DNA of 64,000 nt from Burkholderiales bacterium (GCA_035286595.1 DATEDA010000069.1:10497-74496), one strand, 5' to 3'. Positions 1 through 11,249 are shown, numbered from the stretch's first letter. The notes: generated from the letters alone by a model not told the origin. Numbers and translations are program-made.

Positions 1-212
1 GAGACTCGGGTGATCGAGTACCAGACCGGAGGCGCGCTCAGTTGGGACTAGAGGGTTGTCGGTTCGCCCAGAATTCTCGTATGCGGCGCCGCGTTCGAAG
101 AGCGTGGCTCGTGAATTCGGCGGCTGGGGTCGCCCCAACCGCTGAATATCCGGTCGAGTGCGGCCGGGCGCAGTAACGCGGTACTTTTGTCAACTAGAGA
201 AGGAGTCTGAGC

Positions 213-548
213 ATGGCAACGAAGCGCAGGAAGGCTGCGAAGAAATCCGCGAAGAAGAAGGCCGGCAAGAAGAAGAAGAAAGGTGCCAAGCGCAGAGCAG
301 TAGCGAAGAAGAAGCCGGCGCGGAAGAAGAAAAAGGCGGCCAGAAAGGCCGCCAAGAAAAAAGCTGCGAAGAAACCCGCCAAGAAGAAAGCCAAGCGACG
401 GATGAAGGCGGCCAAGCCTGCGGCGAGACCAGCGGCGCCTGCCCCGGCGGCGGTTCCTGCTGTACCGTCGACGGCGGCGGCCCCTGGGGCAAAGACTGCC
501 CTGAATCCCGCTGCTGCTTGGCCGTTTCCGACCGGGTCTCGGCCCTAG
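213..548 (+). CDS. Histone H1-like / AlgP-like lysine-alanine-rich DNA-binding protein
   Basis: 111 aa ORF. The N-terminal two thirds are almost only K/A/R repeats (KKAAKK, AKKKA) and the tail is P/A-rich. GGAG lies 7 nt before the ATG (aaGGAGtctgagcATG). Confidence 0.8.
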   Translation: MATKRRKAAKKSAKKKAGKKKKKGAKRRAVAKKKPARKKKKAARKAAKKKAAKKPAKKKAKRRMKAAKPAARPAAPAPAAVPAVPSTAAAPGAKTALNPAAAWPFPTGSRP

Positions 549-762
549 GCGGTGGTCGAATCGTCTGCGGGCGGGCTTTGTGTATGCAAAGTCCGATCCG
601 CAGACATTCGGCGCCGGAAGTGCCTGTCCCCCCGGCTCTCGCCACGGAAGACCCGCGTATTTTATCAGTGGGTCGGTGGCGAGGCCGGGGCGCACTTCGC
701 CCAAAATTTTTTTATTGTGCGTCGCAGCACAAGTGCCTGATCCAGCGTCGGTTTTCTGCCGC

Positions 763-791
763 TTGACAGACGCTAACTCATTCATTAGACT
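763..791 (+). promoter_or_regulatory. Candidate sigma70 promoter: TTGACA, 17 nt spacer, TAGACT
   Basis: Perfect -35 TTGACA at 763-768, an exact 17-nt spacer, then TAGACT at 786-791. It sits in a locally AT-richer patch about 260 nt upstream of the transglycosylase ATG. Confidence 0.35.
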
Positions 792-1054
792 GCTGTTTCG
801 CGCAATTCCACAACGCGGTATTCGAAACGCGACGCGCGGCCAAGAGAGCGTCTCGCACCCGAGATGGGTCGGGTGAGCGAGACGGGGGTCGGGCGGTTCG
901 CCGTCGGGGGGGTCCGGAAAGCCGAGCGCGGCTTCTCACCGGACCGAGCTCAAGCAGGGGACAACGAGGCGTCCGGGGCGCTGATGCGAGCGCACCTGGA
1001 CTCAGGTCGGCGGGCATGGCGCGCGCCGGCTGTGTGGCATGAACGGAGGTCAAC

Positions 1055-1744
1055 ATGACACTGCCCAACCTGCCGGTACAGGTGCGCATTGGATGGCAAG
1101 CGGTCGTCGGCGCGCTGCAAGGCGCGCTCGCCGGGTTTGGCCTGCTCGCGCTCCTGTTCCTGGCGGTCGAAGGAGGACGCTTGATGCCCTTCGGCGGGGG
1201 AGCCCCGCGCGGCGCCGTCGCCTACGGCCGGGCAGTCGAGGCGCAGCCGCAACTCGACGCCGCGGCTGGTGCGCGGACCGACCCGCAGCATCAGGTGCTG
1301 GCGAGCTACCTTGCCCGACGCTACCGGATCGCGACGGACGCGACCACCGACCTCGTCAGCGAGGCGTATGCCGTCGGGCGTGGCGTAGGCCTCGACCCGT
1401 TGCTCATCCTCGCCGTGATCTCGATCGAGTCGCGGTTCAACCCCATCGCCGAGAGCGACAAGGGTGCGAAGGGTCTGATGCAAGTGATTCCCAAGTGGCA
1501 CTACGAGAAACTCGCCGAGCACGGCGGCGAGGACGCTGTCCTCGACCCACGGACCAACATGCTCGTGGGCGCCCAGATCCTGAAGGAGTACATCGTGCGC
1601 GCCGGCAATCTCGAAGCCGGGCTGCAGATGTACAACGGCGCATCCGACGATCCCTCGCAGGGCTACGCCCAAAAGGTGATCGCGGAGAGGCAGCGCCTGG
1701 AACAAACGCTTCCCCGCCCCGGGGGCCGCGGGACCGCCGCCTAG
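1055..1744 (+). CDS. Lytic transglycosylase (SLT domain) with N-terminal membrane anchor
   Basis: 229 aa. SLT catalytic motif ISIESRFNP followed by AKGLMQV. Hydrophobic N-terminus. GGAGG lies 5 nt before the ATG. Confidence 0.9.
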   Translation: MTLPNLPVQVRIGWQAVVGALQGALAGFGLLALLFLAVEGGRLMPFGGGAPRGAVAYGRAVEAQPQLDAAAGARTDPQHQVLASYLARRYRIATDATTDLVSEAYAVGRGVGLDPLLILAVISIESRFNPIAESDKGAKGLMQVIPKWHYEKLAEHGGEDAVLDPRTNMLVGAQILKEYIVRAGNLEAGLQMYNGASDDPSQGYAQKVIAERQRLEQTLPRPGGRGTAA

Positions 1745-1755
1745 CGGGTGGGCCT

Positions 1756-1817
1756 GGGAGCCCGCCGGGCCGCCCCAAGGGCGAACCCCGAGCGCGTCGC
1801 GCGAGGGTAGTCCAATG
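1756..1817 (+). repeat. Degenerate copy of the ~60-nt sense-oriented repeat unit (family shared with 15577-15704 and 46517-46593)
   Basis: gGGAGCCCGCCGGGCCGCCCCAAGGGCGAACCCCGAGCGCGTCGCGCGAGGGTAGTCCAATG is near-identical to the other units. The leading ATG is replaced by GGG and the trailing TGA by TGG. Confidence 0.85.
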
Positions 1818-1852
1818 GGCGCGCTGGGCCGGCGGTTCGAGGGGCCGATGGG

Positions 1853-3052
1853 CTAGCTGTCCCGGAGGAACCGCGCCATCCGCGCTACTCCTTCCTCCAG
1901 ATCGACGAGCGACCGCGTGTAGGCGAAGCGGACGTGCGACCGGGCGCGGTGCACGCCGAAGTCGATTCCCGGGGTGATGGCAACGCCCGTCTCCTCGAGG
2001 AGACGCAGCGCGAACGACTCGCTGTCGTCGGTGAAACGGGCGCAGCCTGCGTAGACGTAGAAGGCGCCCTCCGGCATGACCGGCACCTCGAACCCGAGCG
2101 AGCGCAGCGCCGGCACCAGGAAATCCCGCCGGCCCTGGAACTCCGCCCGGCGGGCCTCCAGGATCTCGATGGTCTCCGGCCGAAATGCGGCGAGCGCCGC
2201 GTACTGCGCCGGGGCAGACACTGAGATGAACGCGTTCTGCGCGAACCGCTCCATCTCCCGCACGTACTCGGGCGGCGCGACGAGCCAGCCGAGGCGCCAG
2301 CCGGTCATGCTGAAGTACTTCGAGAAGCTGTTGACGACCAGGATCTCGTCCGACATGCTAAGCGCCGTCGGGCGGCGTTCCCCCCCGTAGCTCAGGCCCT
2401 GATAGATCTCGTCGAGAATGGCGATGCCGCCGCGGCGCTCGACCTCGGCAAGGATCGCGCGCAGCGCGTCCTGCGGCACCATCGTCCCAGTGGGATTCGA
2501 AGGCGACGCGAGCACGATGCCGCGCGTTCGCGCGGCCCAGTGCCGGTGCACGTCTCCGGCCGAGAGCTGGTAGTGGGTTCTCTCGTCGGACGGGACGGTC
2601 TTCGCGCGGCCCTCGAACATCCGGACGAAGTGCCGGTTGCACGGATAGCACGGGTCCGGCATCAGGAGCTCGTCGCCGGGATCGATCAGCGCGCCCATCA
2701 AGATCAAGAACGCCCCCGATGCGCCGGCAGTGACCATGATCCGTTCCGGTCCCACGTCCACCCCGTAGCGGTCGGCGTAGAAGCGCGCGAGCGCCTCGCG
2801 CAGCGCCGGGAGGCCGAGCGATGCCGTGTAGCCCATCGGCTCGCGGTGCAGGGCCCGGATCGCCGCGTCGATCACCGGCTGGGGAGCGGAGAAATCGGGC
2901 TGTCCGATCTCCATGTGGATCACGCGCCGTCCTGCCGCTTCGAGCTCGAACGCGCGCCGCTGCACTTCCATCACATGGAACGGCTCGATCGCGTCCATGC
3001 GCGAGGCGAGCCGCAGGCGGGCGTGCTTCGGGACTGACGCGGAGGCGTCCAT
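1853..3052 (-). CDS. Pyridoxal-phosphate-dependent aminotransferase, class I/II (aspartate/aromatic type)
   Basis: ORF-track frame 1853..3136. Motifs include IEPFHVMEV, GQPDF, SPSNPTG and NSFSKYFSMTGWRLG (the PLP-binding lysine motif). The track start at 3136 is a TTG that would overlap pncA, so I prefer the first ATG at 3052 (MDASAS...). Confidence 0.9.
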   Translation of the reverse strand: MDASASVPKHARLRLASRMDAIEPFHVMEVQRRAFELEAAGRRVIHMEIGQPDFSAPQPVIDAAIRALHREPMGYTASLGLPALREALARFYADRYGVDVGPERIMVTAGASGAFLILMGALIDPGDELLMPDPCYPCNRHFVRMFEGRAKTVPSDERTHYQLSAGDVHRHWAARTRGIVLASPSNPTGTMVPQDALRAILAEVERRGGIAILDEIYQGLSYGGERRPTALSMSDEILVVNSFSKYFSMTGWRLGWLVAPPEYVREMERFAQNAFISVSAPAQYAALAAFRPETIEILEARRAEFQGRRDFLVPALRSLGFEVPVMPEGAFYVYAGCARFTDDSESFALRLLEETGVAITPGIDFGVHRARSHVRFAYTRSLVDLEEGVARMARFLRDS

Positions 3053-3125
3053 GCTGTTGAGCGCGACTCGAGCGTTTGATTCTAACCGCTCGGTAGGACA
3101 CGACCCGGAAGCAATGACGCGCTGC

Positions 3126-3767
3126 TCATCGGGCAAGTCCCATAGATCGAGTCCGCGTTACCCTGGCCGCTGCCATATCGCGCGCCGCGGCGGCGAGCGA
3201 GCCGCCGGTGTCGATAGCGCGACACGCGTCCTCGATCACCGTGACCTCAAAGCCCGCCCTCCGCGCATCGATCGCCGACCACGCCACGCAGAAGTCGGTC
3301 GCGAGGCCGCACAGGAACACGTGCCCGATCCCTCGCTCACGCAGATACCCGGCGAGCCCGGTCGTGTGCTTGCCATCCGCCTCGACGAACGTCGAGTAGC
3401 TGTCGACGTTCGGGTGATAGCCCTTGCGCACCACCAGCTGCACGTGCGGGATGACGAGCTCCCCGTGGAAGGCTGCGCCCTCCGTTCCCTGGACGCAGTG
3501 ATCCGGCCAGAGGATCTGCTCCCCGTACCCGAGCCGGATCCGGTCGAACGGCCGCTTGCCCGGATGGCTCGACGCGAACGAGATGTGACCCGGCGTGTGC
3601 CAGTCCTGCGTCAGGACGACGTTGGTGAACTGCCGCGCGAGCCGGTTGATGATCGGCACAACTTCGTCGCCGCGCGGCACCGCGAGCGCACCGCCCGGCA
3701 TGAAGTCGTTCTGCACGTCGACGACGAGGAGCACATCGCGACCGTTCATCGGGCTTGTCCGCGGCAT
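3126..3767 (-). CDS. pncA: Nicotinamidase/pyrazinamidase (isochorismatase family)
   Basis: 213 aa with VVDVQNDFMPGGALAV, WPDHCVQGT and LCGLATDFCV. An alternative start at 3749 (MNGRD) is possible. Confidence 0.85.
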   Translation of the reverse strand: MPRTSPMNGRDVLLVVDVQNDFMPGGALAVPRGDEVVPIINRLARQFTNVVLTQDWHTPGHISFASSHPGKRPFDRIRLGYGEQILWPDHCVQGTEGAAFHGELVIPHVQLVVRKGYHPNVDSYSTFVEADGKHTTGLAGYLRERGIGHVFLCGLATDFCVAWSAIDARRAGFEVTVIEDACRAIDTGGSLAAAARDMAAARVTRTRSMGLAR

Positions 3768-3839
3768 GCTCCCGGATTATAGGCGCCTGGCCGGCCGACT
3801 ATAATCGACGCGAATCCCCCGACTCTAGGAGACTCCGCC

Positions 3840-6134
<2,295 letters not shown>

Positions 6135-6240
6135 GGGGTGCCGGCCGGGCCTGGTGGTGGCGCTTGGTGGCTGACGGACGCTAAACTTCCGCCGCGCGGC
6201 CCGGAAGGCAAGGGCGGGCTGCCGGGGCCCGCGGAGAGCC

Positions 6241-7401
6241 ATGATCGCGATAAAGAAGACCGGGCTGATTCTCGCTGGCGGCGGGGCGCGCGCGGCCTAT
6301 CAGGTCGGCGTGTTGAAGGCGGTGAGCGAGCTGCTCGGGGAACCGCGCGAGAACCCGTTCCCGATCCTGTGCGGCACCTCTGCCGGCGCGATCAATGCGG
6401 CCGCGCTCGCGATCCGGGCCGACGATTTCGCCGGCGGCGTGCGGCATCTCGTCGACGTCTGGGGCGCATTCCACTGCCATCACGTCTACCGCAGCGACTG
6501 GCCCGGCATCATCCGCACCGGCAACCGCTGGCTGACCGCGCTGATGCTGCTCAACCGCACCAACCCGATCTCGCTGCTCGACAATGCGCCGCTCCGGGAG
6601 CTGCTCGTCCGCACGATGGAGTTCGAGCACATCCAGGCGAACATCGACAACGGCGCGCTCTACGCCGTGTCGGTCACGGCGTCGGGCTACACTTCCGGGC
6701 AGAGCGTGACCTTCTACCAGGGCGGGTCCGGGGTCGAGGATTGGGAGCGCTGGCAGCGGGTTGGCGCCTCCACGACCCTGAACGCGGACCTGCTGCTTGC
6801 GTCCAGCGCGATCCCGTTCATCTTTCCGGCGGTCAAGGTCCACCGTGAGTTCTTCGGCGACGGCTCGATGCGACAGATCGCGCCGATCTCGCCGGCGTTG
6901 CACCTCGGCGCCGACCGCGTGCTCGTGATCGGCACCGGCCGGCAGTCCCAGGAGCCGGTGCGGGTCCGCTCGAACCTCTATCCCTCGCTCGCGCAGATCG
7001 CCGGCCATACGCTGAACTCCATCTTCCTCGACAGCCTCGCGGTCGACATCGAGCGCCTGCAGCGGATCAACAAGACCCTGCAGTGCGTCTCCCCGGAGCG
7101 GGCGGAGGAGGTGGGCCTGAGACTGCGGCCGATCGACGTCTTCGTCCTGCAGCCCAGCCAGCCGATCGAGCGCATTACCGCCCGGTACCTCCAGCACTTC
7201 CCGCGCGCAGTCCGGTTTCTGCTGCGCACGGTCGGTGCCATGAATCGCAACGGGTCGAACCTCGCGAGCTACCTGCTGTTCGAGGCGCCCTTCACGCGCG
7301 CCTTGATGGAGCTCGGGTATGGCGACACGATGTCCCGCCGGGACGAGATGGTGGCGTTCCTGCGGCGGGGCGCCGAGGACTCGCCTTCGGCGCCCGCATG
7401 A
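6241..7401 (+). CDS. Patatin-like phospholipase
   Basis: 386 aa. Oxyanion motif GGGARAAY, serine lipase motif GTSAGA, and catalytic Asp motif DGSMRQ. Confidence 0.9.
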   Translation: MIAIKKTGLILAGGGARAAYQVGVLKAVSELLGEPRENPFPILCGTSAGAINAAALAIRADDFAGGVRHLVDVWGAFHCHHVYRSDWPGIIRTGNRWLTALMLLNRTNPISLLDNAPLRELLVRTMEFEHIQANIDNGALYAVSVTASGYTSGQSVTFYQGGSGVEDWERWQRVGASTTLNADLLLASSAIPFIFPAVKVHREFFGDGSMRQIAPISPALHLGADRVLVIGTGRQSQEPVRVRSNLYPSLAQIAGHTLNSIFLDSLAVDIERLQRINKTLQCVSPERAEEVGLRLRPIDVFVLQPSQPIERITARYLQHFPRAVRFLLRTVGAMNRNGSNLASYLLFEAPFTRALMELGYGDTMSRRDEMVAFLRRGAEDSPSAPA

Positions 7402-7506
7402 GGTCCGCGGAGCCGGGCGCCCGATCGGTGTCCTTCCCGCGTGTGCACGCTCGCGGGATCGGCTCTACACTCATCTTTCTCCAGCGCTCGCTTTTCGGTG
7501 GCCGCC

Positions 7507-7911
7507 GTGACCCAGGACACCCAGTCTAACGACCCGTTCGAGTTCCTGAAGCGGATGTGGGCGCCCATGGGGTTGCCCATGCCGGGTGTGATGGCGCCGC
7601 TCCTCGATCCCAACGAGATCGAGAAGCGCATCGCCGACCTCAAGTCGGTCGAGAACTGGCTCGCCATGAACCTGAACGTGCTGCGCATGACCATTCAGGG
7701 GCTCGAGATGCAGCGGGCCACGCTCGCCGCGTTCCAGGCGATGCATGCTCCGGCCGCTGCGGGAGCGCAGGCGCCGACGCCGGAGGCGGCTGCGCGGCCC
7801 AGCACGGCGGCCGGCACGCCCGACGCGTGGTGGAACCTGCTCCAGCAGACGCAAGCCGCGGCGACGCCAGCGCCGCAATCCGAGCCGAAGCGCGAGAAAA
7901 AGCCGAAATGA
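7507..7911 (+). CDS. PhaM-like PHA-granule-associated regulatory protein
   Basis: Frame of ORF 7441..7911. The core LDPNEIEKRIADLKSVENWLAMNLNVLRMTIQGLEMQRATL and a short K-rich tail (KREKKPK) resemble the PhaM family (from memory). The start is uncertain: GTG 7507 or ATG 7441. Confidence 0.65.
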   Translation: MTQDTQSNDPFEFLKRMWAPMGLPMPGVMAPLLDPNEIEKRIADLKSVENWLAMNLNVLRMTIQGLEMQRATLAAFQAMHAPAAAGAQAPTPEAAARPSTAAGTPDAWWNLLQQTQAAATPAPQSEPKREKKPK

Positions 7912-9062
7912 CCTTGCGCGGCCGGGACAGTCCGGTGGCGTTCCGCGCCGGTCACGCGCGCGCCGACCGCTGGGAGGACGCCGTCGACGCGGCGCTGCGC
8001 CAGGTGGGAACGATTCCCGCGGGCGCCAACCTGGGATTCGCCTATCTGAGCGATCGGCTGGCCCCCGCCGCCGCGGAGATCCTCGAGCACCTGAAGAAGG
8101 CGACGGGCGTTCGGGAGTGGGTGGGAACGGTCGGCGTGGGGGTGCTCGCCACCGGGATCGAGTACTTCGACGAGCCCGCGCTCGCCGTGATGCTCGCCGC
8201 GTTGCCCGAGGGGGAGTTCCAGGTGTTCTCCGGAAGGTCGCGTCCGCCGCCGCTCGGCGCCAGGACGCGGAGTGGTGCCGAGGCGGCACACTTCGCCATC
8301 GTTCACGGCGACCCGCACACGGACGACATCCCGGAACTGATCGAGGACATGTCGGCGAAGGTCGCGAGCGGTTACCTCGTAGGCGGGCTCTCGAGCTCGC
8401 GCCAGACGACCTTCCAGCTCGCGAACGAGGTGCTGCAAGGCGGTCTCTCGGGCGTCGTGCTTTCGTCCGCGATCGACGTCGCGACCCGGCTTACCCAGGG
8501 CTGCTCGCCGTTGCGGCAGGGCGCCGACAGGGTACCCGTTCGCCACGTCGTCACCGAGGGTGAGCGGAACATCATCGCTGCGCTCGACGGCCGTCCGGCG
8601 CTCGACGTCCTCAAGGAGGACCTCGGCGAGGTCGCGGCTCGGGACTTGCGCCGCGCCGCGCAGGCCATTCACGCCGGCCTGCCGGTTGCGGGTTCCGACA
8701 CCGGCGACTACCTCGTGCGCAACCTCGTCGGCATCGATCCGCAGCACAAGCTCATCGCGATCGGCGGGCTGGTGGAACGGGGGATGCCGATCCTGTTCTG
8801 CCGGCGCGACAGCGCTGCGGCGCACGAGGACCTGTTGCGGATGCTCGACAGCATCCGCCAGGACTTCGACGGCCCGCCCAAGGGTGGCCTCTACTTCTCG
8901 TGCCTCGGCCGGGGCGAGCACATGTTCGGGCGGCGCTCCGCGGAGCTCGGCGTGGTCCGCGACCGGCTCGGCGAGTTCCCGCTGGTCGGGTTCTTCTGCA
9001 ACGGCGAAATCTCACACGACCGACTCTACGGCTACACTGGCGTGCTGACGCTGTTCCGCTGA
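7908..9062 (+). CDS. FIST-domain signal-transduction protein
   Basis: The real part of ORF 7557..9062 starts at ATG 7908, which overlaps the PhaM-like stop as ATGA. It reads MTLRGRDSPVAFRAGHA...NLGFAYLSD...FFCNGEISHDRLYGYTGVLTLF, typical of FIST_N plus FIST_C. Confidence 0.8.
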   Translation: MTLRGRDSPVAFRAGHARADRWEDAVDAALRQVGTIPAGANLGFAYLSDRLAPAAAEILEHLKKATGVREWVGTVGVGVLATGIEYFDEPALAVMLAALPEGEFQVFSGRSRPPPLGARTRSGAEAAHFAIVHGDPHTDDIPELIEDMSAKVASGYLVGGLSSSRQTTFQLANEVLQGGLSGVVLSSAIDVATRLTQGCSPLRQGADRVPVRHVVTEGERNIIAALDGRPALDVLKEDLGEVAARDLRRAAQAIHAGLPVAGSDTGDYLVRNLVGIDPQHKLIAIGGLVERGMPILFCRRDSAAAHEDLLRMLDSIRQDFDGPPKGGLYFSCLGRGEHMFGRRSAELGVVRDRLGEFPLVGFFCNGEISHDRLYGYTGVLTLFR

Positions 9063-9179
9063 ACGACGGCGAGCGGTGGGGTCGCGAGGCAGTTCGACCC
9101 CCGCCTGACGGCGGCTCGCGGACCGGAAACCGATTGCTTCGAAACCACCAAACGCTGACTTTCTCCTAGGAGACTCAAG

Positions 9180-10154
9180 ATGCCCAAAGCGATCCGATTT
9201 CCCAAGACCGGCGGTCCCGAGGTGCTCGTGTGGGAGGATGTCGAGGTCGGCGACCCCGGTCCCGGCCAGCTCCGCATCCGCCACCATGCGATCGGCGTGA
9301 ACTACGTCGATACCTATCAACGCGCGGGCCTCTACCCGATGCCGCTTCCGAGCGGCTGCGGGTCGGAGGCCGCGGGCGTCGTCGAAGCGGTGGGGACGGG
9401 CGTGACCGACTTCAAGCTCGGCGACCGCGTGGCCTACGCCACGGCGCCGGTCGGCGCTTACTCCGAGGTGCGGCTGTACCCGGCGGACCGTGCCGTCAAG
9501 CTCCCGGAGGGGATCTCGTTCGAGACTGCCGCCGCGATGATGCTGAAGGGCATGACAGTCCAGTATCTGATCAAGCGGACGTTCAAGGTGCAGCCGGGCA
9601 TGACCGTGCTGTGGCACGCGGCGGCCGGCGGCGTGGGCCTGATCGCATGCCAGTGGCTGAAGGCGCTGGGGGTCAAGGTCATCGGCACGGCCGGGTCGGA
9701 CAGCAAGGCCGCGCTCGCGCGCGATCACGGCTGCGACCACACGATCGTGTACACGCGCGAGAATTTCGTCGAGCGCACCAAGGAGATCACCGGCGGGAAG
9801 GGCGTGCCGGTCGTCTACGACTCGGTCGGCAAGACCACCTTCATGGGGTCGCTCGACTGCCTGCAGCCGCTCGGGATGATGGTCAACTTCGGCAGCGCGT
9901 CCGGCGCTCCCGAGCCGCTGAACCTCGGGTTGCTTGCCCAGAAGGGCTCGCTGTTCGTGACCCGGCCGACGCTCAACACCTACGCGGCGAAGCGCGAGGA
10001 CCTGGTCGCGGGCGCGAACGACCTGTTCGACGTGGTGAAGTCCGGGAAGGTGAGGATCGAGATCGCGCAGCGGTATCCGCTGAAGGACGCCGCGCAGGCG
10101 CACCGCGACCTGGAAGCGCGCAAGACGACCGGCTCCACCATCCTGCTGCCATAG
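9180..10154 (+). CDS. qor: NADPH:quinone oxidoreductase (zeta-crystallin family)
   Basis: 324 aa with AIGVNYVDTYQRAGLYP, AAAGGVG and a C-terminus EARKTTGSTILLP. Confidence 0.9.
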   Translation: MPKAIRFPKTGGPEVLVWEDVEVGDPGPGQLRIRHHAIGVNYVDTYQRAGLYPMPLPSGCGSEAAGVVEAVGTGVTDFKLGDRVAYATAPVGAYSEVRLYPADRAVKLPEGISFETAAAMMLKGMTVQYLIKRTFKVQPGMTVLWHAAAGGVGLIACQWLKALGVKVIGTAGSDSKAALARDHGCDHTIVYTRENFVERTKEITGGKGVPVVYDSVGKTTFMGSLDCLQPLGMMVNFGSASGAPEPLNLGLLAQKGSLFVTRPTLNTYAAKREDLVAGANDLFDVVKSGKVRIEIAQRYPLKDAAQAHRDLEARKTTGSTILLP

Positions 10155-10210
10155 CGTCGTCGCCGCCGGTCGGGCGCGCGCCGGCGCGCGCCCGGGGATG
10201 GTCGCGAGGT

Positions 10211-11182
10211 ATGCCCATGGATGCCCCGCAGATCCGCACCGATCTCTACCCGGAGATCGAACCCTACGCGTCGGGGATGCTGCCGCTCGACGCAATCCAC
10301 CAGATGTACTGGGAGGCCTCCGGCAATCCCGGCGGGATCCCGGTTGTCTTCCTGCACGGCGGCCCGGGCGCCGGCTCGACGCCGAAGCACCGCCGCTTCT
10401 TCGATCCGACCGCGTACCGGATCGTGGTCTACGACCAACGCGGCGCGGGGCGCTCGCTACCGCTCGGCGAGCTGCGCGAGAACACGACGCTCCATCTCGT
10501 CGACGATCTCGAGCGGCTGCGGACCCACCTCGGCATCGAATCGTGGCTCGTGTTCGGCGGCTCGTGGGGTTCGACGCTCGCGCTCGCGTACGCCGAGGCG
10601 CATCCGCGCCGCTGCCTCGGCCTCATACTCCGCGGCATCTTCCTCTGCCGCCGGAGCGAGATCGAGTGGTTCCTCTATGGGCTGCGGGACATCTTTCCCG
10701 AGCCCTGGGAGCGATTTGCCGGATTCCTCCCGCCGGCGGAGCGCGGCGACTTGCTCGGCGCCTACTATCGGCGGCTCGTCGATCCCGACCCGCGTGTCCA
10801 CCTGCCGGCCGCCAAGGCGTGGAGCATCTACGAGGGCGCGTGCTCGACGCTGCTGCCGTCGCCGGACACGGTCGACTACTTCGCTGGCGACGTGGTCGCG
10901 CTCGGTCTGGCGCGGATGGAGGCGCACTACTTCAAGCACGACATCTTTCTCCCGGAGAACGCGCTGCTCGAGAACGCGCACCGCCTGCGCGGCATCCCGG
11001 GGGTGATCGTCCAGGGCCGCTACGATCTCGTCTGCCCGCTCATCTCGGCGCACGAGCTCGCTCGGGCATGGCCGGACGCAGAGTACGAGATCATCCGGGA
11101 CGCAGGACACTCGGCGTGGGAGCCCGGGATCTGCGCTGCCCTCGTCGCGGCCTGCGAGCGGTTCAAGCTGCGGTTGCGCTAG
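10211..11182 (+). CDS. pip: Prolyl aminopeptidase (proline iminopeptidase)
   Basis: In-frame ATG at 10211 within ORF 9230..11182. Motifs LYPEIEPYASGML, FLHGGPGAG, VVYDQRGAGRS and nucleophile GGSWGSTLAL. Confidence 0.9.
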   Translation: MPMDAPQIRTDLYPEIEPYASGMLPLDAIHQMYWEASGNPGGIPVVFLHGGPGAGSTPKHRRFFDPTAYRIVVYDQRGAGRSLPLGELRENTTLHLVDDLERLRTHLGIESWLVFGGSWGSTLALAYAEAHPRRCLGLILRGIFLCRRSEIEWFLYGLRDIFPEPWERFAGFLPPAERGDLLGAYYRRLVDPDPRVHLPAAKAWSIYEGACSTLLPSPDTVDYFAGDVVALGLARMEAHYFKHDIFLPENALLENAHRLRGIPGVIVQGRYDLVCPLISAHELARAWPDAEYEIIRDAGHSAWEPGICAALVAACERFKLRLR

Positions 11183-11205
11183 TCGCGGCTGGGGTAGGAA
11201 CGAAA

Positions 11206-11229
11206 ACGCCGTGGCGTGCGCCACGGCGT
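11206..11229. terminator. Hairpin between convergent genes (10-bp perfect stem, 4-nt loop)
   Basis: ACGCCGTGGC gtgc GCCACGGCGT, preceded by AAAA. It lies between the pip stop (11182) and the stop of the minus-strand small gene (11250). The U tracts are weak. Confidence 0.5.
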
Positions 11230-11249
11230 CGTCGACGACCGGGACGCGA

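Noticed and set aside
1-51. Open frame from the window edge to TAG 49-51 (…ETRVIEYQTGGALSWD), possibly the 3' end of an upstream gene
   Set aside because: Only 16 codons are visible, with no recognisable motif. This is not enough to support a feature.
800-1054. Possible SRP RNA, 6S RNA or RNase P RNA because of the GGTCCGGAAAGCC segment
   Set aside because: The conserved SRP motif (GUCCGGAAGGAAGCAGC) and the RNase P motif (GAGGAAAGUCCGG) are not actually present. I kept the region only as an unclassified structured leader or sRNA candidate.
1815-1856. A 13-codon ORF (MGALGRRFEGPMG) starting at the ATG of the degenerate repeat copy
   Set aside because: It is too short and unconserved relative to the other mini-ORFs. 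It is most likely a by-product of the decayed unit.
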